Of a DNA stretch of 64,000 nt, positions 49,442-59,545 are shown in pieces. The notes beneath the pieces are model-generated. The model ran no database searches and had not been told where the DNA came from. It saw nothing but the letters and a program-made list of their open reading frames with translations. This DNA comes from an uncultured delta proteobacterium (GTDB taxonomy: Bacteria; Myxococcota_A; Polyangia; Polyangiales; Polyangiaceae): NCBI GenBank assembly GCA_963841435.1, contig CAWJCS010000003.1, forward strand, positions 896,001 through 960,000, in the 5' to 3' direction. Both the position numbers and the translations under genes were made by a program. Numbering within the stretch: the first letter of the stretch is position 1; the number at the start of each line of letters is the position of its first letter.

Positions 49442-50628
49442 CGCCGCCCCCGCTTCAAAAGCTCGGTGTAGACGCGGTAATAGCCCTCGGCCATCGCCGA
49501 CAGAGAATACTTCTCCTCGACGACGCGGCGCCCCGCGCGCTTCATGTCTGGCAGCCTCGCACGCGCGCCGATGAGCTCTTTTAGCACGGCCTTCACGCCG
49601 CCGACGCTTTCGGGGTCGCGAACGAGGAGCCCCGTGACGCCCGGCGTGACGGGCTCGCGCACGCCGGGGCGGTCGGAAACCAGGCACGCGAGACCGCACG
49701 ACATGGCCTCGAGCGTCGCGACCGAGAGCCCTTCGCGGGTCGAGAGCTGCACGAACACGTCGGCCTGCGTCAGGAGCTCGCGCTTGTGCGCCTCGTCGAC
49801 GAAGCCGAGAAAGCGCGTCGCTCCGCTGCTCGCGCTCGCGAGGCGCGCCACCTCCCCTTCGCTGGGTCCGGTTCCGGCGATGACGAGCTTCAGGCGTGTC
49901 TCGCCCTCGCGCACGAGTGACTCCACGGCCTCGATGAGGATGGGAATGTTCTTGCGCGGCACGATGCGCGAAATCGACGTGAGCGTGATCACGTCGGTTT
50001 CGGGGCGCTCGCTGGGACAATAGAGTGCCGTATCGACGCCGTTCGGCACGACGAACACCTCCCGCACACCCATGTTGCCGCGCAGGTAGTCGGCGAGGTC
50101 CTCGCTCACGCTCACCACGACGTCGGCTTTGGCGAGCACGGCGCGCGTCAGGGGCTCGAGCGCGCGCGGCAGCTCGTACACGTCCGCGTTGCCATGCACC
50201 GTCACGACGAGCGGCCAGTGCCCGAAGGGCTTCATGGCGATCACCCCCAGCCCGAGCGGCAGCGGGAAATGCAGGTGCACGAGATCCACGCCCGAGGTCA
50301 GTCGCTTGAGCGGGCGCATGCAACCGAGCGCGTCGAGCACGGCGACGCACGCCTTGGCGGGAAACGGGACGTGATGGGCGCCCGTCGCGTAGTCCTTCCA
50401 GCGCTCGGGCGCGATGTTCGGATAGCGGTGCACCCCGAGGTCGTCATAGCGCTCGTAGCGCGGGCTGCCGGCGTACCCTCGCGTCAAGACGACGTTCTCG
50501 ATGCGATCGCCGAGGCCGTGGGCGATGGCGGCCAGCACCATCTGCGCGCCACCCTGGCGCGGCCAAAACGTCGGGATGAGCGACATCACGCGGATGGGCC
50601 GCGCGGCTTCGGCGAGCCCGACCGTCAT
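49438..50628 (-). CDS. Glycosyltransferase family 4
   Basis: GGAQ, VVTVHG, VPNGVD, KNI, EGLSVATLEAMSCG. Confidence 0.92.
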   Translation of the reverse strand: MTVGLAEAARPIRVMSLIPTFWPRQGGAQMVLAAIAHGLGDRIENVVLTRGYAGSPRYERYDDLGVHRYPNIAPERWKDYATGAHHVPFPAKACVAVLDALGCMRPLKRLTSGVDLVHLHFPLPLGLGVIAMKPFGHWPLVVTVHGNADVYELPRALEPLTRAVLAKADVVVSVSEDLADYLRGNMGVREVFVVPNGVDTALYCPSERPETDVITLTSISRIVPRKNIPILIEAVESLVREGETRLKLVIAGTGPSEGEVARLASASSGATRFLGFVDEAHKRELLTQADVFVQLSTREGLSVATLEAMSCGLACLVSDRPGVREPVTPGVTGLLVRDPESVGGVKAVLKELIGARARLPDMKRAGRRVVEEKYSLSAMAEGYYRVYTELLKRGRR

Positions 50629-51674
50629 GCCGGCACCGCCGAGGGCAGGGCGCCCGTGAGCACGCGGCGGATCGCCGACAGGCCGTCCTTCGCGAGCGCC
50701 TCGAGTCCCTCGATCCGATGGTCCTTGATCAGCGTCTGGAGCCCTTGGGTCTTGTGGGGCTCGCGGTTGTCGAGCACACAGGCGGGCTTGCCGAGGCCAA
50801 CGGCGCAGATCGCCGGATGGTAGCGATCGGAGATGACGCCCGACGAGCCGGCGACGATCGACACGAGCTCGCCCACGGACCGGCACGGCACCGACGGCAC
50901 GCCCAGCCGCGCTGCGAGCTTTTCCAGGAAGTGCCCGTCGGCGGGAACGTCGCTCGTGGCGAGCACGACCTTTTCCTCGGGCGCGAGGGGAAGCTCACGT
51001 CCGCCGCAGCGCAGACGCCCGCGGCCGATGTGAATGCTCTTCGGGTCGAGGTTATTGGCCCGCAAGAACAGCAAGCGATAGGGCGTCGGGAGCGGGCACG
51101 GGGGAACGCGTCCCACGGCGGCCTCGAACGGATAAAGGAACGCGTAATCGGCCGAGGGAACAGAGGGCAAACCGTGCTCCGTGAGGTAGGCGTGCGTCGT
51201 CGCTTCGCGCGCCACGCACAGGCTGGCACGGCCGAGCGTCGCGAGAGCGTCCTCGGCGAGCGGTCCGATCGAGTGGCTCGCGAGCAGGAAGGGAATGCCG
51301 AGGTCGGCGGCGACCTCGAGATCCGAGAGTGCGCTCGGCCAGCGCGCGTCGTAGCGCGCCAGGAACGGTCCCGGCGCGCTCACGATGGCATCGTAGCCCG
51401 AGAACAGCGCCGCGCGTCGTTTGCGGCGCCCCGGCTCGAGGGTCACGCGGCGCACGGCGCGCGGCACGAAGCGCCAGCTCCAGGCGAACGTCTCGCGCAC
51501 GTGTCGATCGGCGAGCGACAGGAGCTCCTCGGTGCCCGCTCGTGCCACGCCCGGGTAGCCCGCGAGATCGAGCACGGACGGGCGAAGCTCCCGAAGCGAG
51601 CGCAAAAGCACGGAAGCCTGCAGCACGTCCCCGAGATTGCCCCTCAACCAGGCATGCACGACCAAGAGCTTCAC
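50625..51674 (-). CDS. Polysaccharide pyruvyl transferase family protein
   Basis: GNLGD, SHSIGP, VARE, SADYAF, SDRYHPAI. Confidence 0.85.
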   Translation of the reverse strand: MKLLVVHAWLRGNLGDVLQASVLLRSLRELRPSVLDLAGYPGVARAGTEELLSLADRHVRETFAWSWRFVPRAVRRVTLEPGRRKRRAALFSGYDAIVSAPGPFLARYDARWPSALSDLEVAADLGIPFLLASHSIGPLAEDALATLGRASLCVAREATTHAYLTEHGLPSVPSADYAFLYPFEAAVGRVPPCPLPTPYRLLFLRANNLDPKSIHIGRGRLRCGGRELPLAPEEKVVLATSDVPADGHFLEKLAARLGVPSVPCRSVGELVSIVAGSSGVISDRYHPAICAVGLGKPACVLDNREPHKTQGLQTLIKDHRIEGLEALAKDGLSAIRRVLTGALPSAVPA

Positions 51675-51820
51675 GACACTGGATCCACGGCTCGTTTCAC
51701 TGGTCGGCACCCCGGGTCTTATCCCCGGGCCGCGCCGCTGGGAAGCGGCGAAGTCGGGCCAAACCGCCTGGGTCGCGCTGATACACCATCAAGGGGGCCA
51801 GAGGAGCCCACGAGCCGAGC

Positions 51821-52873
51821 TCAGGGAGCTCCGAAATCGAGCCCGATGCGCGAATGAAGCTGGAGCACGCCGCGCTGCTGGCCGCCTTGACCCAGCGCCG
51901 CCGCCAAGACGGACTGTATCTCCCCGTTTTCCGGAAAGGGCGATCCGGGCCGAATGCCGACGCGCCCGTCGGATTTCGATTGGAACTCCAAGAGGTCGCG
52001 TGGGGCATCGGGTGGCAGCCCCACCATGTCGAAGCGAGCGCTCGCTGCGTAGCGCTTCGCGCCGATCGAGAGCGTCACGAGGTCACCCTGGATTTCCTCG
52101 ACCTTCACGAGGCGATACGTGACCAGATCGAGCCCGAACACGCCCTCGCGACTCGTCACCATCCACAAAGCGCCGACGCCGACGGGCTGGGCCGGGCGCG
52201 GCACGGCCAGCATCGCCAGCGTGTCCTCGAGCATCCGAAAGAGGTCGCGCACGTCGGCGGCGTTTGCCCGAGCGTCGGAATGGTACGCCGTGCCCGAGCC
52301 GTCGGGGCGCACCTCGTACGAGATCCGCGCGCCCTTGAACTGGGGCAAGTGCGCGCCCGTGGCGCTCACCTTGGCGTCGGCGATCGTGGCGGTCACGGCG
52401 ACGTTCTCGGCGGCACCCGGCGCGGTGGGCTCGGCGCTCGGCGCTTTCTCGGCGTCGAACGCGAGCGATACATCGATCGGCGTGCCGCTCTGCCGCGGGT
52501 CTTGCTGCAGCAGGATCTGAACGGTGCCTTTCGACTTCCAGCCCGGCTTCGGTTGTCCGGTGCCGAGGCTCACGCGTGGCTCGGCGCCCGTGCCACCCAG
52601 CGTCAGCTTGATGCTGGCACCGCGCGGCATCTCGCGGTCGGCCTCGCCGGGCCCGAACACCCCGTTCGGCGGTGGACCGCCCGAGGCCGCGGGCACGGGA
52701 CCGCGCGGGACGCCGACCGACGCCGCCGCGACGGCCTTGGCGACGTTGGGATCGATGACGGCCGTGCGGTCGACGCTCGCCGCGGGCTCGGCGGCTTGCT
52801 CCTCCTGCTTTTTGCAGCCGATGCCGAGCCCGCAAGCGACCAGGACCCAAATGACGACGATCCTATGGCGCAT
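51821..52873 (-). CDS. Lipoprotein of unknown function
   Basis: Lipobox GIGC-KK; GAEPRVSL, PVGVGALW. Confidence 0.75.
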   Translation of the reverse strand: MRHRIVVIWVLVACGLGIGCKKQEEQAAEPAASVDRTAVIDPNVAKAVAAASVGVPRGPVPAASGGPPPNGVFGPGEADREMPRGASIKLTLGGTGAEPRVSLGTGQPKPGWKSKGTVQILLQQDPRQSGTPIDVSLAFDAEKAPSAEPTAPGAAENVAVTATIADAKVSATGAHLPQFKGARISYEVRPDGSGTAYHSDARANAADVRDLFRMLEDTLAMLAVPRPAQPVGVGALWMVTSREGVFGLDLVTYRLVKVEEIQGDLVTLSIGAKRYAASARFDMVGLPPDAPRDLLEFQSKSDGRVGIRPGSPFPENGEIQSVLAAALGQGGQQRGVLQLHSRIGLDFGAP

Positions 52874-52918
52874 TTCGCCCTCCCCTACCCGCGCCCCGAG
52901 CGATTGTAAAGTCCCGGC

Positions 52919-53647
52919 ATGCAGCCTCACCAACCTGGACGGCGTGGGCCGAAGATCGAGCACGCGTGCTTCGTTTGCGGCAAGAAGGGACACTTCCCCG
53001 AGCTGGTGCGCGCGGGCATCGCGCGAAGCGCCGTCGCCGAGCACATCAGCCACACGCGCGGCGTCGAGTGGCAGCCCGACAGTCGTATCTGCCAGGACTG
53101 CCTGGCCCGGGCGCGTCAAGAGCGGCTCGTCGCACGGCTCAGCGCCCAGCGCGGACACCTCGACGAGGTCGACGCCGACCTCGTCCGGCGCATCTCGGAA
53201 CGCGAGAGCGTCGTCGAGAGCGAGGACCACGACGCCTCGCCGAGCCTCGGCGGCACCGTCGCCGACGCCGTCGCCCGCTGGGGCGGCTCGTGGACCTTCG
53301 TGGTCACTTTCCTCGTGCTCATCGCCGTGTGGTCGACCTCGAACGCACTCCTGCTCCGGAACCGCGGCTTCGATCCCTACCCCTTCATCCTGCTAAACCT
53401 CGTGCTTTCGTGCGTCGCGGCGCTGCAGGCGCCCGTGATCATGATGTCGCAGAATCGGGCCGAGCGACGCGATCGGCGCCGCGGCGAAAACGACTACCGC
53501 GTCAACCTGAAGGCGGAGATCGAGGTCGCCGCGCTGCACGAGAAGCTCGATCACCTCCTGCACGTGCAATACGAGGAGCTCGTCGAACGCCAGGAAACGG
53601 CGCTCGACCTGCTCGAGCAGCTGATTGCCGCGAAGCACGCGCGCTAA
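52919..53647 (+). CDS. DUF1003 membrane protein with N-terminal Cys-pair domain
   Basis: ADAVARWGGSWTF, FDPYPFILLNL, QAPVIMMSQNR, NLKAEIE. Confidence 0.9.
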   Translation: MQPHQPGRRGPKIEHACFVCGKKGHFPELVRAGIARSAVAEHISHTRGVEWQPDSRICQDCLARARQERLVARLSAQRGHLDEVDADLVRRISERESVVESEDHDASPSLGGTVADAVARWGGSWTFVVTFLVLIAVWSTSNALLLRNRGFDPYPFILLNLVLSCVAALQAPVIMMSQNRAERRDRRRGENDYRVNLKAEIEVAALHEKLDHLLHVQYEELVERQETALDLLEQLIAAKHAR

Positions 53648-53654
53648 GGTCGTG

Positions 53655-55322
53655 GTGAAGGCCTTCTTCGAGCGCGGTCGCGTGGCCCTTTCGCGACGTT
53701 TTCCCCGTGCGCCGGGGCTCATCGGCAGCGTCGTGGCCGTCGCTTGCCTCGACGCCGTGGTCAACGCCCGTTACCCGGGGCCCGAGCCACCCGCGTGGTA
53801 CCTCGTCGCGAGCCCGGACATCGTCGTCTTGCTCGGCGTGCTCGCGCTCTTCGGCCGCGCCGGGCGTCCCGTGCCGAGGAGCCTTCGCTGGCTCGCCCTC
53901 GCGCTCCTGCTCGGCATCAGGCTCCTGCGCTTCGGCGACGGCGTGTCTCTTCGCCTGCTCGACCGACCCTTCAACCTCTACATCCAGCTCCCGCTGCTCG
54001 GCGAGCTGCCGCGCCTCGCGCGCGAGGCGCTCGCGCCGCACGAGATCGCGCTCGGGCTCCTCGCGCTGCTTGCCGCCGCCGCGATCATCGGCGCGACCAC
54101 GGCGTGGGCCCTCGGCGAAAGCGCGCGCGCCGTCGCGACGACCCAGGGTCGGCGCCTCACGGCCGGCGTCGTGGCCGGCTTCGCCGTCGCCGGCCTCTTC
54201 GTTTCGAAGCCTCGCGGCGGCGCGGGCCTCTTCGGTCACGTCCCCTCGAGCGGCGTCGGTCGCATCGGCGACGAGATCGGGTTCTTGGTCCACGCCCGGG
54301 CCCTCAAGCGCGAGCGCGCCGAAGAGGTGCGCGCCACCCGCGAGCGGCTCCGGAAGGCCCCGCATGATCTCTCGCGGCTTCGGGGCGGCGACGTGCTGCT
54401 CTTCTTCGTCGAAGCCTATGGGGAGACGGTGCTCCACAGCCGGTCACAAAAGGACAGACTTGGCCCCGTTTACGCAAGCATGGAGCGCGAGCTTTCGGCC
54501 GGCGGGTATCACGTCGCGTCGGGGCTCCTCGAATCGCCCATCTTCGGTGGTCAATCCTGGCTCGCGCACGCGACCCTTTCGAGCGGCATCCGCACCACCG
54601 ACGAGCTCGAATACCGCGTGCTCGGCGAAGCCGCCCCGCCGGCCCTCGCCGAGTTTTTCGAGGCGGCCGGCTACCGCACCGTGCTCGTTCAGCCCGCAAC
54701 GAAGACGGTCACCGGCATCACGAACTACCTCCGCTTCGAAAAGCACTACTACGCCGCCGACTTCGGCTACCGCGGTCCGGGCATCGGCTGGGGCACGATC
54801 CCCGACCAGTACTCGATCGATCTCGTCCATCGTCGCGAGCTCGAAAAGCCTCACGGTCCGACCTTCGTCGAGTACACGCTCGTCTCGAGCCACGTTCCGT
54901 GGCGCGAGGTGCCCGTCTTCGTGCCGGGTCCCACGGACTTCGGCGACGGCTCGCTGTACCGCAAACTTCCAATCACGCGCTCGGAGGTCACCCTCGGCGA
55001 CGAGCGCGCCGCCTCGGCGGCATTTGCGGGCGGCATCGCCTACGATCTCGATGTCTTGAAGGCCTATCTGCTCGAGCGCGTGCGCGGCGACACCCTCGTG
55101 GTGGCCCTCGGCGACCACCAACCAGCGGCGGGTGCGACCGAGGGCAGCACGACTCGCGGCGTCATGGTCCACGTCTTCTCGCGGAATCCGAGCTTCGTCG
55201 ACGCCTTCGTCAGAAGGGGCTACACCCAAGGGATGCGACCCAGGGAGCCTGCACGGCGGCAGGGCCTCGAGTCCTTCCTTCCCCACTTCCTCGCTGACTT
55301 TTCGGCTGGTGGCGGAGCGTGA
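53655..55322 (+). CDS. Membrane-bound alkaline-phosphatase/sulfatase-superfamily protein
   Basis: N-terminal TMs; FFVEAYG, SPIFGGQSWLAH, PDQY, SSHVPW, LGDHQP. Confidence 0.8.
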   Translation: MKAFFERGRVALSRRFPRAPGLIGSVVAVACLDAVVNARYPGPEPPAWYLVASPDIVVLLGVLALFGRAGRPVPRSLRWLALALLLGIRLLRFGDGVSLRLLDRPFNLYIQLPLLGELPRLAREALAPHEIALGLLALLAAAAIIGATTAWALGESARAVATTQGRRLTAGVVAGFAVAGLFVSKPRGGAGLFGHVPSSGVGRIGDEIGFLVHARALKRERAEEVRATRERLRKAPHDLSRLRGGDVLLFFVEAYGETVLHSRSQKDRLGPVYASMERELSAGGYHVASGLLESPIFGGQSWLAHATLSSGIRTTDELEYRVLGEAAPPALAEFFEAAGYRTVLVQPATKTVTGITNYLRFEKHYYAADFGYRGPGIGWGTIPDQYSIDLVHRRELEKPHGPTFVEYTLVSSHVPWREVPVFVPGPTDFGDGSLYRKLPITRSEVTLGDERAASAAFAGGIAYDLDVLKAYLLERVRGDTLVVALGDHQPAAGATEGSTTRGVMVHVFSRNPSFVDAFVRRGYTQGMRPREPARRQGLESFLPHFLADFSAGGGA

Positions 55323-56233
55323 TGGAAGGAGCGTCGCCTCGGCCCGATCACTTAGGCGAGGCCCGAGCCTGGGCGCTCTTGCGAGTGCTCGCGGCACGTG
55401 CGAGCGCTGGCACGCCGCTCGCACGCCGCGCGGAGTTCGATTTCGACGGTGACGACGCGCCGCGCGAACGCAGTAGCGGCGCGGGGCTCGTTGCGGTCGA
55501 TCCCGATCACCCGCGTGGCTTCGTCGCGAGGGCGGCCGCCGACGCGGCGGTGAGCGAGCTCTTCGACCTGTACCTCCCGCTGTGCACGGGCGCTCGCAGC
55601 GCGCGGTTCGTGCTCGCGCACGTGGGCCAGAGCCTCGACGGGCAGACGGCAACCGCGACGGGAGCCTCCCGCTACGTGACGGGCCCCGAGAACATTCGCC
55701 ACCTGCACCGCCTGCGCGCCCTTTTCGACGCCGTGATCGTCGGCGCGCACACCGTCGAGCTCGACGATCCGAAGCTCACGACCCGCCTCGTCGTCGGCCG
55801 GCACCCGACGCGTGTCGTCATCGATCCCCACCTGCGGCTGCCAAAAGACCGCACGCTGTTTCGCGATCCGACCGCGGAGACGCTGGTCGTGTGCCGCGAT
55901 GACGCGACGGGGCCGAGCCACGTGCGGCGCGAGAACCTGATCCGCCTGCCCGCGACGGGTGACCGGCTCTCCGTACCGGCCATCGTGGAGGCGCTCGGCG
56001 CCCGTGGCCTCGGGCGCCTGTTCGTCGAGGGGGGCGGTGTCACGGTGTCGCACTGCCTGTCGGCGCGCGCGCTCGACCGCCTGCACGTCAGCGTCTGCCC
56101 CGTGTTCCTCGGAGCGGGGCGGCCTGGCATCGTGCTCCCGGGCATCGACGGGATGGACGGCGCCTTGCGCCCCCACGCCCGGCGCTTCGGCATGGGGGAC
56201 GACGTGCTCTTCGATTGCGCCTTCGAGAGGTAG
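55319..56233 (+). CDS. RibD C-terminal-type reductase
   Basis: GQSLDGQTA, HRLRALFDAVIVGA, DDPKLTTR, FVEGGG. Confidence 0.88.
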   Translation: MMEGASPRPDHLGEARAWALLRVLAARASAGTPLARRAEFDFDGDDAPRERSSGAGLVAVDPDHPRGFVARAAADAAVSELFDLYLPLCTGARSARFVLAHVGQSLDGQTATATGASRYVTGPENIRHLHRLRALFDAVIVGAHTVELDDPKLTTRLVVGRHPTRVVIDPHLRLPKDRTLFRDPTAETLVVCRDDATGPSHVRRENLIRLPATGDRLSVPAIVEALGARGLGRLFVEGGGVTVSHCLSARALDRLHVSVCPVFLGAGRPGIVLPGIDGMDGALRPHARRFGMGDDVLFDCAFER

Positions 56234-56259
56234 CCTCCCGTGACGCCGAGCACGCCGAG

Positions 56260-57294
56260 ATGACGCCAAGCCCCCGCGTCTTCGTGGTCGAGCCCGAGGC
56301 CGGGGGCCGTGTGAGCGGCGGCTATCTTTATAATCTAAGGCTTGCCGAGTCCCGTGTCATCGCCCGGCGGCCCGCAGCGCCCGGCGGGCTCGAGGGCGCG
56401 CTCGAAGCCATTGGCGCCGCACCCGGCGACACCGTGCTCCTCGACTCGCTGCTGCTCGAACCGCGCGCGGCCGCCCTGCTCGCGGCGCTCGGCCGCGCGT
56501 CGGGCGCCCGCGTGGGCGCGCTCGTCCACGCCTTCCCGTCGTTCGTGCGGCGCGCGTCCGAGCCGCGCCCATTCACGGGCGAGCTTCGACCGACCGCGGC
56601 GGAGCTCGAAGCGCTCGCAGCGCTCGACATCGTCGTCACGCCTGGCGCGTACGTGGCTCGCGTGCTCGCGGCGGCCGGCTGCCACCTCCCCTGCCTCGTG
56701 TGTCCGCCCGGCGTCGACCGCCCGGCGACGAGCCCCCGAGCACGCCCTCCCGGCGACGCCGTCCGCCTCGTGACGCTCGCCAATCTCACGCCGAACAAGG
56801 GGATCCCCGCTTCGATCCGTGCGCTTTCGCCACTTCGCAGGCACGCCTTTCGGCTCACCGTCGTCGGCGCCGCGCCGAGCGCAGAGGACCTCGCGGACCT
56901 CGTCGCAGAGGTCGAGGCGTCAGGCCTTGCCGACCATGTGCGCTTCGCGGGCCCGCTCGCGCACGCCGACGCGCTCGCGCGGCTCGCCGAGAGCGATGTG
57001 ACGTTGCTCTCGAGCTACACGGAAAACGCGCCGCTCGCCGTGCTCGAAGCGCTCGCTGCCGGCGTTCCCGTCGTCGCGTACGCGGCGGGCGGCGTGCCGG
57101 ATCTCGTCGAGCACGAGCGCTCCGGCCTGCTCGTCCCGCTTTCCGACGAAGCCGCGCTCTCGGCCGCCCTCGAGCGCGTGCTCACGAGCGCCCCGGAGCG
57201 CGCCCGCCTCGCCGCGGGCGCGCGCGAGGCCGGTGCGAAGCTCCCCTCGTGGGACGATGCGGCCGCAGCGTTTCAGCGCGCGCTCGGCGCGTAG
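56260..57294 (+). CDS. Glycosyltransferase family 4
   Basis: SGGYLYN, PPGVD, NKG, ENAPLAVLEALAAG. Confidence 0.88.
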   Translation: MTPSPRVFVVEPEAGGRVSGGYLYNLRLAESRVIARRPAAPGGLEGALEAIGAAPGDTVLLDSLLLEPRAAALLAALGRASGARVGALVHAFPSFVRRASEPRPFTGELRPTAAELEALAALDIVVTPGAYVARVLAAAGCHLPCLVCPPGVDRPATSPRARPPGDAVRLVTLANLTPNKGIPASIRALSPLRRHAFRLTVVGAAPSAEDLADLVAEVEASGLADHVRFAGPLAHADALARLAESDVTLLSSYTENAPLAVLEALAAGVPVVAYAAGGVPDLVEHERSGLLVPLSDEAALSAALERVLTSAPERARLAAGAREAGAKLPSWDDAAAAFQRALGA

Positions 57295-57956
57295 GCCAAG
57301 TAGAACGAGCGCGCGAACGACAGCGTCACGAACGCGCTGCCGAGCGCGGCAGAGGCCACGCCGAGCGGATCGCCGAAGACGAGCCCGGCGAGCAGGCTCG
57401 CGACGAGCAGGCCGAACCCGATGCGTCCGATGAGCGAGCGGGGCGCAGGCCCCCCTCGTGACGGCCACGCGCTGAGGACGAGCACGTACGCGTAACGCAA
57501 GAGACCCGGCCACAGGATCCAGCCGCCGAAGCGGCCCCGCTGCCAGAGTTCGACCGCGAGCACGAGCACGAGCAGCGAGTCCACCTCGACGTCGAAAAGG
57601 GCGCCGAACGACGACACGAGGCCCGAGCGGCGAGCGAGCCAGCCGTCGAAGGCGTCGAGCGTGAGCACCGTCAGCGTGAGCACGACAATCGGAAGCGGGC
57701 CGGCGCCGTGCAACGCGAGACCGAGGGAAAGCACGAGCACGAGCCTGAGCGCCGTGACGGCGTTCGCGCTCCCGAAGCGACCGTCAGGCGTGAAGCGCCC
57801 CCGCGCCCCCGCAACGAGCCACGCGAACGACAGGGCCGCGCCCAGCACGAGCGGCCACGGATGGCCGACGACGGCCGTCACGGCCCAGGCGGCGAGCACC
57901 AGCCCCGCGTGCCGGGTCGGCAGGGCATCGCGTGGCGTGGGCTCGGAGGCTGGCAT
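57273..57956 (-). CDS. CDP-alcohol phosphatidyltransferase family protein
   Basis: [28 protein letters not shown]. Confidence 0.9.
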   Translation of the reverse strand: MPASEPTPRDALPTRHAGLVLAAWAVTAVVGHPWPLVLGAALSFAWLVAGARGRFTPDGRFGSANAVTALRLVLVLSLGLALHGAGPLPIVVLTLTVLTLDAFDGWLARRSGLVSSFGALFDVEVDSLLVLVLAVELWQRGRFGGWILWPGLLRYAYVLVLSAWPSRGGPAPRSLIGRIGFGLLVASLLAGLVFGDPLGVASAALGSAFVTLSFARSFYLAYAPSAR

Positions 57957-58049
57957 CGGCGAGAGTATCCGTCAGGGCGGGGCCACGGGTGCCCGCGCGC
58001 GCCACCTTCGCGCACCAGCGCGGGCGAGAGGAGTGCTAAACATGCGGTG

Positions 58050-59039
58050 GTGAGCGCTGCCCGGCCGAGCGGAACCGCACGCGCCTTCTGGGTCGAGGCG
58101 CCCGGCCGCGGGGCCATCCGCGACGAGCCGCTCCCCGAGCCCGGCCCCGGTGAAGCCCTCGTGCGCGCCCTGGTGAGCGGCGTCAGCCGCGGCACGGAGA
58201 GCCTGGTGTTCCGAGGTCGCGTGCCCGTGAGCGAGCACGAGCGCATGCGCTGTCTGCACCAGGCGGGCAGCTTCCCGGGCCCCGTGAAGTACGGCTACGC
58301 GAGCGTCGGCGAGGTGGTCTCGGGCTCGCCAGCGCTCGCCGGGCGCCGCGTGTTCTGCCTTCATCCCCATCAAACGGCCTACGTCGTGCCCGAGAGCGAG
58401 CTCACCCCCCTGCCCGACGGCGTGCCCACCGACCGCGCCGTGCTCGCTGCGAACCTCGAGACGGCGCTGAACGCGCTCTGGGACGCGCGACCCCAGCTCG
58501 GCGACACCGTCAGCGTCGTCGGCGCCGGAGTCGTGGGCTGTTTGATCGCTTGGCTCGCGAGCGGCTTGCGCTCGGTCGACGTGGAGCTCATCGACGTGCT
58601 GCCGGACCGCGCAATGCTCGCGGCCGCGCTCGGCGCGCCGTTCGCCACGCCGGACGGCGCCAAGCGCGAACGGGACCTCGTCTTCCACGCGAGCGGCCGC
58701 AGCGAGGGGCTGCGGACGGCGCTCTCGCTCGCCGCCGCCGAAGCCACCGTGCTCGAGCTCTCCTGGTTCGGCGACGAGCCCGTCACCCTCCCGCTCGGCG
58801 AGGCCTTTCACCCGCGACGGCTCACCCTGCGCTCGTCCCAAGTCGGCACGCTGAGCCCCAACGCCCGTGCGCGTTTCACGCGAAAAAGCCGTCTCGAGCT
58901 CGCACTCTCGCTGCTCACCGACCCCGCGCTCGACGCCCTCGTCGGCGAGGAGAGCCCGTTCGAGTCGCTGCCCGAGGCCATGAAGTCGCTCGCGAGCTCG
59001 CCCGGGCCGCTCTGCCACCGCGTGCGCTACGGGGGCTAG
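58050..59039 (+). CDS. MDR-family (zinc-binding alcohol dehydrogenase-like) oxidoreductase
   Basis: [45 protein letters not shown]. Confidence 0.88.
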   Translation: MSAARPSGTARAFWVEAPGRGAIRDEPLPEPGPGEALVRALVSGVSRGTESLVFRGRVPVSEHERMRCLHQAGSFPGPVKYGYASVGEVVSGSPALAGRRVFCLHPHQTAYVVPESELTPLPDGVPTDRAVLAANLETALNALWDARPQLGDTVSVVGAGVVGCLIAWLASGLRSVDVELIDVLPDRAMLAAALGAPFATPDGAKRERDLVFHASGRSEGLRTALSLAAAEATVLELSWFGDEPVTLPLGEAFHPRRLTLRSSQVGTLSPNARARFTRKSRLELALSLLTDPALDALVGEESPFESLPEAMKSLASSPGPLCHRVRYGG

Positions 59040-59100
59040 GCTCGCGTTGGGCGCTTCCAAGACTGCCTGAGTCGAGGCTAGGGTAGGCTCCGTTGGAGCC

Positions 59101-59504
59101 ATGTACAGCGTTTGCGTCCGAGGCCACGTGATGATCGCCCACAGCTTCAAAGGCGAGCTGTTCGGCCCCGCCCAGCGCCTGCACGGCGCCACCTACGTCG
59201 TCAACGTGGAGCTCCGCGCGCGCGAGCTCGGACCGGAGGGCGTGGTGGTCGACATCGGCCGCGCGAGCCAGGCGCTCGCCGCGCTGCTCGCCGAGCTCGA
59301 CTACCGAAACCTCGACGACGAGCCCGCCTTCGCCGGCAAGAACACGACGACCGAGTTTCTCTCGGCGTGATCTTCGATCGCTTCTGCGACCGGCTGAAGC
59401 TCGGCGAGCTCGGTCCCGGCGCCGAGCGAGTCGAGGAGCTTCGCGTGACGCTGCGCGAGTCGCACGTCGCCTGGGCCGCGCGCGACGGCGCCGTGCCGCG
59501 CTGA
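59101..59504 (+). CDS. 6-pyruvoyl-tetrahydropterin synthase/QueD-like protein; -1 frameshift at about 59365
   Basis: MIAHSF..AQRLHGATY, YRNLD, NTTTEFL; continues VIFDR..VTLRESHVAWA in another frame. Confidence 0.85.
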
Positions 59505-59545
59505 CGGCAAGCCGTTCGGCGCGGGGCCACGCCGTTTCGGCGCCG

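Noticed and set aside
59355-59370. QueD-like frameshift as part of the duplicated-A pattern
   Set aside because: It needs one added base (a -1 event) and lacks the doubled-A context, so it is treated as a separate indel.
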